Origin: Gemmatimonadaceae bacterium
Lineage (GTDB): Bacteria > Gemmatimonadota > Gemmatimonadetes > Gemmatimonadales > Gemmatimonadaceae
DNA: 64,000 bases
Assembly (NCBI GenBank): GCA_031430835.1
Contig: JANPCH010000072.1
Location: 4,866 to 68,865 of the forward strand
Reading direction: 5' to 3'
In this document: one piece after another, positions 14,957 to 23,757 of the stretch
Layout of the letters: each line of letters begins with the position of its first letter
Numbering within the stretch: position 1 is the stretch's first letter
Notes under the pieces: generated by a model
What the model saw: only the letters and a program-made list of their open reading frames with translations
Told to the model about the DNA's origin: nothing
Databases searched by the model: none
Program-made: the position numbers and the translations under genes

Positions 14957-15996
14957 GTAAAAACACTCCCCTCGCGCCTGGCGTGCTCGGCGGCGGCGAT
15001 CCGCCCGAGTCCTTCGGCGATGGTGACGCGTGGCTCGTAGCCGAGCCGCGTGCGGGCGCGGGTGATGTCGCTGTAGTGCTCGGTCGTGAGCTCCGCGATC
15101 AGGTACGCGGAGATCGGCATGTGGACGCGGCCGCGGGAGAGCACGACTGCCGCGTCGCAGGCGTGGGCGAGCGCCATCGCCGCGCCGGTGGGCACCTGGC
15201 CGCGGATCGGCGAGAGGCCGCAGGCCCGACTCAACTCGGCCACCCACTCCCAGAAGATCACCGGCGCGCCGCCGTGCACGAAGTAGGGAGCGCCTCCGAC
15301 ACTCGCGTCCCGGGTGAGGGCTTGCCAGGCAGCGACGTGGGCTGAGACGCAGTCGTCGAGGTACGTCATTCCGATCCTGTTCCGTCCCGCGCCGATCTGC
15401 CAGAGCGCGTTGCGGGCGGCCCGCCGCACCATCCCCTGCACCCACTGGCTGCGCCCAGGACCCCAGATCATGTGCGGGCGCACGACGAGCGTCCGGAAAT
15501 CGTCGCGGTGCTCGGCCAACACCAGTTGCTCCGAGAGTGCTTTCGACTCGGGGTAGGGCGAGGCGAACCGGGTCGAGTAGGGATGCGACTCGTCGACGCC
15601 GAAGTGATCCGACCCGTCGGCGATCACCGAGGGCGTCGAGGTGTGGATGAGGAGTCGCACCCGGCGCTCACGACAGGCGGCGAGCAGGTCCTTCGTGCCC
15701 TGGACGTTCGCGCGCAGATACGCGGCGCGGAGTCCGAAGTGGCCGACCATCCCACCGGCGTGGAAGACCGTCTCGATCCCGCGGGTGGCCTCGCGCAGAC
15801 TTGCCGCGTCCTCGAGGTCGCCGCGCACCCACTCGACACCGGGGATCGCGGGGGCGGCGCCCGGGTTCCGCGTGAGTCCGCGGACGGTCGTGCCGAGGGC
15901 GGCAAGACGGGCCGCGAGCGCCGAACCGACGAAGCCGGTGGCACCGGTGACGAGGACCTTTGCGCTGGCCGGGGAATTCCCGGTGGAGTCGGGCAC
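14953..15996 (-). CDS. NAD-dependent epimerase/3-beta-HSD (OleD-like) extended SDR; start uncertain
   Basis: VLVTGATGFVG Rossmann motif, YPESK catalytic YxxxK, RPHMIWGP. Confidence 0.85.
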   Translation of the reverse strand: MPDSTGNSPASAKVLVTGATGFVGSALAARLAALGTTVRGLTRNPGAAPAIPGVEWVRGDLEDAASLREATRGIETVFHAGGMVGHFGLRAAYLRANVQGTKDLLAACRERRVRLLIHTSTPSVIADGSDHFGVDESHPYSTRFASPYPESKALSEQLVLAEHRDDFRTLVVRPHMIWGPGRSQWVQGMVRRAARNALWQIGAGRNRIGMTYLDDCVSAHVAAWQALTRDASVGGAPYFVHGGAPVIFWEWVAELSRACGLSPIRGQVPTGAAMALAHACDAAVVLSRGRVHMPISAYLIAELTTEHYSDITRARTRLGYEPRVTIAEGLGRIAAAEHARREGSVFT

Positions 15997-16150
15997 GAGC
16001 GGAGTGGTCTGGGGTAACGACGAAGGGACGGCGCGTCGAAGGATGTGCGCGCGGTCAATCGAGAGCAACGCCACGCACGCCGGCGGCTTGCGCGAGGCGT
16101 TGCCGCGTGGCGATAGTCAGCGGAGTCGGTCCCCACCCCCTGGAGGTCGA

Positions 16151-17635
16151 ATGCGCTCATTCTTCAGGCTGGCCACGGCGCTCGCTGCCGGCGCCACCCT
16201 CGCAGCTGTCCCACCGACATTCGCACAGGGCGCCGGCACTGTCGACCTGGGCCTCTCGGGCCGCTACACCATCGTGGATCGCGACATCAGCTACGACAAC
16301 GCGATCGGCTTCAGCGGCCGGTTCGGGATCTTCGTACTCCGGAACTTCGCGCTCGAACTCGAGATGGCGAACAGCGCGACCACCGGCGACACCGACGCCA
16401 AGCTCCAGCCCTACTACGTGCGGTTGGCGTACCACAAGCCGCTCTCGAACCGCTGGACGGGGATCATCGGCGCGGGGTGGGTGCACGACCGCACGAACCC
16501 CAACGGCCCCGGCGGCCTGTACGGCGACGATGGCTATTCGGCGATGATGGGTTTCCAGGTCAAGATGAGTGACCGATTCGCGCTCCGGTTCGACGCCATC
16601 GGTGACGTCCTGATGAGTCCGATCCTCCAGACGGCCACTATGGACCTCAAGACCGGCAACATCGGTCTGCAAGCCGGATTCAACTTCCGCCTCGGGCAGT
16701 CGTCTGCGCCGAAGGACGGTGACTCCGACGGCGTTCTCGATTCAATGGACGCGTGCGCTGGGACGGCACCGGGCGAGCGCGTCGATTCGCGCGGGTGCGT
16801 GTTGCCGAAGGACTCCGATGGCGACGGCGTGATGGATCCGAGCGACCGGTGCGGCCAGACGCCTGCCGGCTCGCGCGTTGACACCAACGGCTGCCCGGTT
16901 GACAGCGACGGCGACGGCGTACTCGACGGCGTTGATGGATGCCCGAACACGCCAGCCGACACGCGCGTCGACGGTCGCGGCTGCACCGCGCCGGGGGACG
17001 CTGACCGTGACGGCGTGCTCGACAACGCGGACGCCTGCCCCAGCACGCCGACGTTCACCCGGGTGGATTCGCGCGGGTGCCCGGTGCCGGTCGATTCCGA
17101 CGGTGACGGCGTGCTCGACAGCGCTGATGGCTGCCCCAATACCCCGTCCGGAACCCGGGTGGACGGGCGCGGATGCCCGCTCCCGACCGACTCCGACAGC
17201 GACGGCGTGATGGATCCGAATGACAACTGCCCGGGGACGGCCGCCGGTGTGCGGGTGGACTCGCGCGGCTGCGCGATCGTCTTCGAGGAAGGTCGAACGA
17301 ACATCGTGCTCGAAGGCGTCACGTTCGCGAGCGGGAGTTCGATCCTCACGGAGGGCGCGAAGGTCGTGCTCGACCGGATGGCGCTGGCGCTTGTGAATGC
17401 CCCGAGCGTGAACGTCGAGGTGCAGGGTCACACCGACAATACCGGGTCGCCGCTGGGCAACACGCGGATCTCGAGCCTGCGCGCCGACGCGGTGCGTGCC
17501 TACCTGATCGAGAAGGGCGTTGGGGCGGCGCGGCTGACGTCGCGCGGGTACGGACCGGACGCGCCGATCGCTCCGAACACCACGGCATCGGGTCGCGCGC
17601 AGAACCGGCGCGTGGAGCTGAAGCGAACGAACTGA
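16151..17635 (+). CDS. OmpA-family outer membrane protein (beta-barrel, six TSP3-like repeats, OmpA C-terminal domain)
   Basis: GGAGG RBS, signal peptide, DxDxDGVxDxxDxC repeats, VQGHTD..LSxxRAxAV...NRRVE. Confidence 0.92.
   Translation: MRSFFRLATALAAGATLAAVPPTFAQGAGTVDLGLSGRYTIVDRDISYDNAIGFSGRFGIFVLRNFALELEMANSATTGDTDAKLQPYYVRLAYHKPLSNRWTGIIGAGWVHDRTNPNGPGGLYGDDGYSAMMGFQVKMSDRFALRFDAIGDVLMSPILQTATMDLKTGNIGLQAGFNFRLGQSSAPKDGDSDGVLDSMDACAGTAPGERVDSRGCVLPKDSDGDGVMDPSDRCGQTPAGSRVDTNGCPVDSDGDGVLDGVDGCPNTPADTRVDGRGCTAPGDADRDGVLDNADACPSTPTFTRVDSRGCPVPVDSDGDGVLDSADGCPNTPSGTRVDGRGCPLPTDSDSDGVMDPNDNCPGTAAGVRVDSRGCAIVFEEGRTNIVLEGVTFASGSSILTEGAKVVLDRMALALVNAPSVNVEVQGHTDNTGSPLGNTRISSLRADAVRAYLIEKGVGAARLTSRGYGPDAPIAPNTTASGRAQNRRVELKRTN
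16711..17275 (+). repeat. Six ~31-aa Ca-binding thrombospondin type 3-like repeats within OmpA
   Basis: DSDGDGV(L/M)DxxDxCPxTPxGxRVDxRGC x6. Confidence 0.85.
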
Positions 17636-17690
17636 ACGGCAGAGGGACGAGGGAGGATGGGAGAGGGGCGCCCGTTCGGGCGCCCTTCTT
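17636..17690. repeat. Family A element / terminator-like REP hairpin
   Basis: ACGGCAGAGGG...GGGCGCCC-GTTC-GGGCGCCC-TTCTTT after the OmpA stop. Confidence 0.75.
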
Positions 17691-17768
17691 TCGTCCTGCG
17701 GTAGCGGTGTGAACGTCACGGGGTATATTGGGCGGATTCCCAAGGACCATCCAACCCAGGCTCACCGA

Positions 17769-19364
17769 ATGTCTGAACAACACAAGGAAGAGTGGGGCTC
17801 CAAACTCGGCGTCATCCTCGCCGTGGCGGGATCGGCGGTCGGACTCGGCAACTTCCTCCGATTCCCCGGTCAGGCCGCGGCGAATGGCGGCGGCGCGTTC
17901 CTGATCCCCTACTTCTGCGCGCTCTTCCTGCTCGGCATCCCGATCGGTTGGGCGGAGTGGGCGATGGGCCGCTATGGCGGGAAGAAGGGGTTCCACTCGG
18001 CGCCGATGGTGATGGGCGTCATCGGGAAGGGCGCCTTCGCCCGCTACTTCGGCGTCATCGGTGTGCTCATCCCCCTAGGCGTCTCGACGTACTATATGTT
18101 CATCGAGACGTGGACCTTCGGGTACTTCCTCAAGTACCTGACGGGGGGTGTCGGGGTCGACGCCAACGCGACAGTCGCCGAGCAGTCGGCGCAGGCGATG
18201 AGCTACTACCAGAGCTTCACCGGCACCCTGCAGGACGGGTCGCTCTTCGGTGGCAACTTCTTCACGATCATCACGTGGGCGATCGTCTTCGCGATCAACA
18301 TCTACTTCGTCTGGCGCGGCCTCTCGAAGGGGATCGAGAAGTTCGTGTCCTGGGCGATGCCGGTGATGGCGGTATGTGCACTGATCGTCCTCATCCGCGT
18401 GCTGACGCTCGGCACCCCGGACCCGAACAACCCCGAGCAGAACGTGATCAACGGGTTGGGCTATATGTGGAACCCGAACTACTCCAAGCTCTTCGACTTC
18501 TCGACCTGGCTCGCGGCGGCGTCGCAGATCTTCTTCTCGCTCTCGGTGGGCTTCGGCGTGATCATCAACTACGCCTCCTATATGAAGAAGAACGACGACG
18601 TCGCGCTATCGGGGCTGACGGCGAGTGCGACGAACGAGCTCTTCGAGGTCGGATTCGGCGGGATGATCACCCTCACCGCGGCGTTCGTCTTCCTCGGCCT
18701 CAGTGGCACAACGGCGGCGGTGCAGGGGGGGTCGTTCAGTCTCGGCTTCGCGACGCTCCCGGTGGTCTTCGCACATATGGGAGCGTTCGAGAACATCGTC
18801 GGCGCGCTCTGGTTCTTCATGCTCTTCCTCGCGGCGATCACGAGCTCGCTCTCGATGTACCAGCCGGCGGTCGCGCACGTGAAGGAGTCGCTCGCGCTCT
18901 CGCACAACAAGGCGACGGGTATCATCGCGACGATCGGCGTGATGGGCGCCTTCCTGACCCTCTGGTTCACGGCGGGCGGATCCTTCTGGAACACCGTGGA
19001 CTTCTGGGTGGGCACCTACCTGATCTTCGTGCTCGCGATGGTGCAGATCATCTACTTCAGTTGGGTGTTCGGCATCGAGCGCGGGTGGAAGGAGATCCAC
19101 AACGGGGCGGCGATCAAGATCCCCGCCTTCTACAAGATCATCATGAAGTACATCGCGCCGATGTACCTGATCATCGTCTTCGTCGGGTTTACGCTGCAGA
19201 ACTTCACGACGGCGATCCAGGCCTCATGGGCCAACACTGGAGCGCGCGCCGGGATGCTGACTGTCGCGGCGATCCTCGTCTTCCTCGTCTACGTCACTTG
19301 GAAGGGCGAGCGTCGGATGCGCGCGGCCGGAATGGACATCGACGACAACAACCCTGCGGACTAA
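17769..19364 (+). CDS. Sodium-dependent transporter, NSS/SNF family
   Basis: EEWGSKLGVILAVAGSAVGLGNFLRFP, WLAAASQIFFSLSVGFG, FLAAITSSLSM. Confidence 0.93.
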   Translation: MSEQHKEEWGSKLGVILAVAGSAVGLGNFLRFPGQAAANGGGAFLIPYFCALFLLGIPIGWAEWAMGRYGGKKGFHSAPMVMGVIGKGAFARYFGVIGVLIPLGVSTYYMFIETWTFGYFLKYLTGGVGVDANATVAEQSAQAMSYYQSFTGTLQDGSLFGGNFFTIITWAIVFAINIYFVWRGLSKGIEKFVSWAMPVMAVCALIVLIRVLTLGTPDPNNPEQNVINGLGYMWNPNYSKLFDFSTWLAAASQIFFSLSVGFGVIINYASYMKKNDDVALSGLTASATNELFEVGFGGMITLTAAFVFLGLSGTTAAVQGGSFSLGFATLPVVFAHMGAFENIVGALWFFMLFLAAITSSLSMYQPAVAHVKESLALSHNKATGIIATIGVMGAFLTLWFTAGGSFWNTVDFWVGTYLIFVLAMVQIIYFSWVFGIERGWKEIHNGAAIKIPAFYKIIMKYIAPMYLIIVFVGFTLQNFTTAIQASWANTGARAGMLTVAAILVFLVYVTWKGERRMRAAGMDIDDNNPAD

Positions 19365-19376
19365 GGAGATCGGACC

Positions 19377-19505
19377 ATGACTATCGGTGGCTGGGTCACG
19401 ATGATCTTCTCCCTCACCCTCGTCTGGGTCGGGACGTTCTGGTGCTTTAAGAAGGTCCTGTCGACCCCTGAGGAGGAGAAAACGCCTCCGGGGTTCGGGC
19501 CTTGA
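19377..19505 (+). CDS. 42-aa single-TM protein, MetS-like small subunit of the NSS transporter (not in the ORF track)
   Basis: AAGGAG RBS; MTIGGWVTMIFSLTLVWVGTFWCFKKVLSTPEEEKTPPGFGP; 12 bp after the NSS gene. Confidence 0.75.
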   Translation: MTIGGWVTMIFSLTLVWVGTFWCFKKVLSTPEEEKTPPGFGP

Positions 19506-19510
19506 ACTTT

Positions 19511-19560
19511 GGAGGGGAGAGGTGAGATGTGAGAGGGGCGCCCGGATGGGCGCCCCTTCT
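19511..19560. repeat. Family A element
   Basis: GGAGGGGAGAGGTGAGATGTGAGA-GGGGCGCCC-GGAT-GGGCGCCCC-TTCT. Confidence 0.75.
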
Positions 19561-19615
19561 CATTTCCTCCCGCGGTGCGCTGGCGGGTGATCTCCCCGAC
19601 GGGCAACTTCTCCCG

Positions 19616-20929
19616 ATGACGATCCCCAAGCGCGCGGTCTGGAGCTGGATCATCTACGATCTGGCGAACACGATCTTCTCGATGGGCGTCGTCTCCCTCT
19701 ACTTCTCCCTCTGGGTGCGCGAGGAGGTCGGGGCCGAGCGCGCGGATTTCGCCTACGGCTTGATCACCGCCGTTTCGATGGGGATCATCTTCATCATCTC
19801 CCCAATGCTCGGCGCGATGACCGACCGGGCGCGGCGACGGATGCCCTTCCTTATCGTGTCCACGCTCATCTGCGTCGGCTTCACGGTGCTCTTCGCGCGC
19901 GCTGGCTACTGGTTCTCCGTCATCGCCTTCGTGGTCGCCAACGCCGCGTATCAAGCTGGACTGCAGTTCTATGACGCGATGCTCCCCGAAGTCTCGACGC
20001 AGGAGAACCGAGGCCGCATCTCGGGGATCGGCGTCGGGATCGGGTACCTCGGCTCCTACGTCGCGGTCGGATTGGGACTGCTGATCGGCACCGAGGACAA
20101 GGCCTTCCTCTTCACGGCGATCGCCGTCGCCTTCCTGCTCTTCGCCATCCCTTGCTTCCTCTTCGTGAAGGAGCGGGGGAACCCGAACCCGACGCCCGTC
20201 TTCGCGTGGGGGGCGATCAAGCGTTCCGCTGCCGAGACCCTGCGGACGCTGCGCGGCGGGCGCGAATACCCCGGACTGATCCGTTTCCTCATCGGGCGCG
20301 TCTTCTACACCGACGCGATCAACACCGTGATCAACGTGATGGGACTCTACACGATCAACGTCGCGATGGCCTCTGGCTATGACAAACTCGGAGGGGAGGG
20401 GAAGGCGCAGCAGATCATGCTCTTCGCGATCACCTTCGCGGTGATCGGCGGCTTCGTCTGGGGCCGGATGGTGGACCGCATCGGACCCAAGCGCACGCTC
20501 GCCTGGGTACTCCGGCTCTGGGTGGTGACCTTCCTCCTCGCCGGCATGGTCGGGATCCTCGCGCTCCCGGTCCAGTCGCTGTTCCTCATCGCCTCGATGG
20601 CAGGCGTCGCGCTGGGCGGGATCTGGAGTGCCGACCGTCCGTATATGCTGCGGCTCACGCCGCCGGACCGGATCGGGGAGTTCTATGGTCTGTATGGGAT
20701 GGTCGGGCGATTCTCCGCGATCACCGGCCCCGTGATCTGGGCGCTCGTGGCGTGGGTCTGCGTCATCACGCTCGGGATGGCCCCAGCGGTCGGGCAGGGG
20801 ATCGGCGTGCTCGTGCTGCTCGGACTGGTGCTCATCTCGCAGTGGATCCTTGGGCCAGTCACCGACGAACCGCGCGACTGGGCGGAGATCAGACGGTCAC
20901 AGGGCTCCGCCGCTCTTCCACTCCGCTGA
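19616..20929 (+). CDS. MFS transporter (UMF1/Atg22-like)
   Basis: WSWIIYDLANTIF, FYDAMLPEV..ENRGRISGIG, GEFYGLYGMVGRFSAITGP. Confidence 0.88.
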   Translation: MTIPKRAVWSWIIYDLANTIFSMGVVSLYFSLWVREEVGAERADFAYGLITAVSMGIIFIISPMLGAMTDRARRRMPFLIVSTLICVGFTVLFARAGYWFSVIAFVVANAAYQAGLQFYDAMLPEVSTQENRGRISGIGVGIGYLGSYVAVGLGLLIGTEDKAFLFTAIAVAFLLFAIPCFLFVKERGNPNPTPVFAWGAIKRSAAETLRTLRGGREYPGLIRFLIGRVFYTDAINTVINVMGLYTINVAMASGYDKLGGEGKAQQIMLFAITFAVIGGFVWGRMVDRIGPKRTLAWVLRLWVVTFLLAGMVGILALPVQSLFLIASMAGVALGGIWSADRPYMLRLTPPDRIGEFYGLYGMVGRFSAITGPVIWALVAWVCVITLGMAPAVGQGIGVLVLLGLVLISQWILGPVTDEPRDWAEIRRSQGSAALPLR

Positions 20930-22382
20930 CGAGATCGCTCCCCCGCAGCCCGAGCTTCGCCGCGACGCGCGCGCCGTAGTCGGGGTCCGCGCGCCAGAAG
21001 TGCCCGACCTGCCGGACCTGGATCTCCTTGCGCGCCTGCCCAAGCCCGAGCGCGATCCGCGTCGCGAGCCGCTCCCGCTGGTCCTCGTCGAAGAGCCGGA
21101 AGAGGTCGCCGGCCTGCGTGAAGTCATCGTGGTCCATGGTCGAGTCATACCGATCGACGAGCACCTGGCCGAGCTGCCAGACGGGGTCGGCGTAGCTCGC
21201 GTCGGGCTTCGGCGAGTTGGCGTGCGAGTTCGGCCAGTAGTTCGGCGCGTCGGCGTACGCCCGCGCGTTCGCCTGCTGTCCGTCGCGTGAGTACGACATC
21301 ACCGGGCAGCGCGCCATGTTCACCGGGATCTGTCGGTGGTTCGCCCCGAGGCGATGCAGGTGGGTGTCCGCGTACGACATCAGTCGGGCTTGCAGCATCT
21401 TGTCCGGGCTCGGCCCGATCCCCGGTACGAAGGAACTCGGCGCGAACGCCGCCTGCTCGACCTCGGCGAAGTAGTTCACCGGGTTGCGGTCGAGCGCGAG
21501 GATGCCGAGCTCGTGCAGCGGATGAGCGGCGTGCGGCCAGACCTTCGTGAGGTCGAAGGGATTCCAGCGGAAGGTCGCTGCCTCCTCCTCGGTCATCAGC
21601 TGCACCGACACCGTCCACCGGGGGAAGTCGCCCTGCGCGATCGACCGGAAGAGGTCGCGTTGGTGGGTCTCACGGTCGGAGCCGATCGCGAGCGCCGACT
21701 GCGCGTCGGTCAGGTTCCGGATCCCCTGCTGTGTCTTGAGGTGGAACTTGACCCAGATGCGCGCACCGGCCGCATTGATGAACGAGTAGGTGTGGCTGCC
21801 GAAGCCGTCGAGGTGCCGATAGGTCGCCGGGATCCCGCGGTCGGAGAAGAGGATCGTGACCTGGTGCAGCGACTCCGGGCAGAGCGACCAGAAGTCCCAC
21901 TGCATGTCCTGGTCGCGGAGGTTCGTCGCCGGATGGCGTTTCTGCGAGTGGATGAAGTTCGCGAACTTGAATGGGTCGCGGACGAAGAAGACCGGCGTGT
22001 TGTTCCCGACGAGGTCCCAGTTCCCTTCCTCGGTGTAGAACTTCACCGCGAAGCCCCGGACGTCACGCTCGGCATCGGCGCAGCCGCGCTCCCCGGCGAC
22101 GATCGAGAAGCGAAGGAAGACGTCGGTCCGCTTGCCGATCTCGCTGAAGAGCTTCGCCTTCGTGTGCGGCGTGAGGTCGTGGGTGACGGTGAAGTGACCG
22201 TAGGCGCCGGAGCCCTTGGCGTGGACGACGCGTTCGGGGATGCGCTCGCGGTTGAACTGCTGCATCTGCTCGAGCAGTTCGACGTCCTGCATCAGCAGCG
22301 GCCCGCGCGGGCCGGCGGTGAGCGCCTGGTTCACGGCGATCGGGGCGCCGCCCAGCGTTGTGAGAGTCGGGTCCTTGGTCAT
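20889..22382 (-). CDS. katA: Monofunctional small-subunit heme catalase
   Basis: FNRERIPERVVHAKGSGA (distal His), WDLVGNNTPVFF, DKMLQARLMSYADTH (proximal Tyr). Confidence 0.95.
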   Translation of the reverse strand: MTKDPTLTTLGGAPIAVNQALTAGPRGPLLMQDVELLEQMQQFNRERIPERVVHAKGSGAYGHFTVTHDLTPHTKAKLFSEIGKRTDVFLRFSIVAGERGCADAERDVRGFAVKFYTEEGNWDLVGNNTPVFFVRDPFKFANFIHSQKRHPATNLRDQDMQWDFWSLCPESLHQVTILFSDRGIPATYRHLDGFGSHTYSFINAAGARIWVKFHLKTQQGIRNLTDAQSALAIGSDRETHQRDLFRSIAQGDFPRWTVSVQLMTEEEAATFRWNPFDLTKVWPHAAHPLHELGILALDRNPVNYFAEVEQAAFAPSSFVPGIGPSPDKMLQARLMSYADTHLHRLGANHRQIPVNMARCPVMSYSRDGQQANARAYADAPNYWPNSHANSPKPDASYADPVWQLGQVLVDRYDSTMDHDDFTQAGDLFRLFDEDQRERLATRIALGLGQARKEIQVRQVGHFWRADPDYGARVAAKLGLRGSDLVSGVEERRSPVTV

Positions 22383-22447
22383 GCCGAAGTGATAGGTCGT
22401 GCCCGGGGGAGGCGATATCAGCCGAAAGAATGAGATGCCCGACCGGG

Positions 22448-23629
22448 TCAGTCTTCGCGCGACCCTCCGGCCGAACGGCTCACGAATCGGAGCCAGAGGA
22501 AGCCTGCGGACCCCGCGGCCACTGAGCCGACGAGGATCGCGAGCTTCGAAGCGTTAGCCGTCGCGAGGTCGGTGCCGAAGGCGAGATTCGTGATGAAGAT
22601 CGACATCGTGAACCCGATCCCTCCCAGCAGTCCCGCCCCGACCACGTGGGCCCAGTCGACCTCGGTGGGCAGGCGGCAGAGACCCGATCTCACCGCGAGA
22701 TAGCTGAGTGCCGCCACGCCGACCGGCTTGCCGAGCGTCAACCCGAGCATCACACCGAGGCTGTTCGCGGAGCCGAGTCCCACTGCCCAATCGGCACCGA
22801 TCACGACACCGGTATTCGCCAGCGCGAAGATCGGCAGGATGACGAACGCGACCGGGCGGTGGAGCAAGAGTTCGAGGCGATGCGACGGTGACGCGGTATC
22901 CGCCGCCTTCGCGGAGTAGGGAATCGCGAACGCCAACGCGACCCCGGCGAGCGTCGCGTGGACCCCCGAGCGGAGCAGCAGATACCACATCGCGAGCCCC
23001 CCGACGAGATAGGGGAGCAGCGCCATCGTCCGCAGATACCGATTCATCACGATCAGGAGCGCCAGCACGCCCAGAGCTCCTCCCAAGTAGCCTGGCGCGA
23101 GTCCGTTCGTGTAGAACGCAGCGATCACCACGATCGCACCCAGGTCGTCCATCACGGCGAACGCGACCACGAACACCTTGAGTGCGGGCGGGACGCGCGA
23201 CCCGAGCACCGTGAGCACGCCGAGGGCGAATGCGATGTCGGTCGCCATCGGGATCCCTGCTCCGCCCACCGTGGGCGTCCCCGCGTTCAGCGCGAAGTGG
23301 ATGCCTGCCGGAACGACCATGCCTCCGACGGCGGCGATTGCCGGCAGGAGGGCGCGTCGCGGGTCCGAGAGCTCGCCGCTGTACAGTTCGCGCTCCAGCT
23401 CGAGACCGATCAGGAGGAAGAAGATGGCCATGAGGCCATCGTTGATCCACGTCTCGACGGAAAGCCCGGCGACCTGGTGCTCGAGGAGGTGGTGATAGCC
23501 CGCGCCGAGTGGGGAGTTCGCGATCAGCAGCGCGACGATCGTGCAGCCGATGAGCAGGACGCCGCCTGCCCGCTCCGAGTCCGCGAACCGGACGAACATG
23601 GCCGAGAGCGCCCCGCGCTCACTCTTCAT
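22448..23629 (-). CDS. nhaA: Na+/H+ antiporter NhaA
   Basis: WINDGLMAIFFLLIGLELEREL, GIPMATDIAFALG, DDLGAIVVIA, GIGFTMSIFI. Confidence 0.95.
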   Translation of the reverse strand: MKSERGALSAMFVRFADSERAGGVLLIGCTIVALLIANSPLGAGYHHLLEHQVAGLSVETWINDGLMAIFFLLIGLELERELYSGELSDPRRALLPAIAAVGGMVVPAGIHFALNAGTPTVGGAGIPMATDIAFALGVLTVLGSRVPPALKVFVVAFAVMDDLGAIVVIAAFYTNGLAPGYLGGALGVLALLIVMNRYLRTMALLPYLVGGLAMWYLLLRSGVHATLAGVALAFAIPYSAKAADTASPSHRLELLLHRPVAFVILPIFALANTGVVIGADWAVGLGSANSLGVMLGLTLGKPVGVAALSYLAVRSGLCRLPTEVDWAHVVGAGLLGGIGFTMSIFITNLAFGTDLATANASKLAILVGSVAAGSAGFLWLRFVSRSAGGSRED

Positions 23630-23757
23630 CTCGTTTCCGGGCTCAGGGTGATCGTGACGCCGACTCGCATTACTAGTGACGGTGAAGGCTGCGTCAAGGC
23701 ACGTCCATCAGACCTTCGACTTGACGTTCCCTGCGGCACACCGGATGTTCGCGCGCG

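Noticed and set aside
16711-17275. OmpA internal DNA repeats as a mobile or novel element
   Set aside because: Explained by well-known TSP3-like Ca-binding protein repeats.
17708-17729. GTGA-ACG-TCAC palindrome upstream of the NSS transporter as a CRP/FNR site
   Set aside because: Spacer is 3 nt rather than 6; a single short palindrome is not enough evidence.
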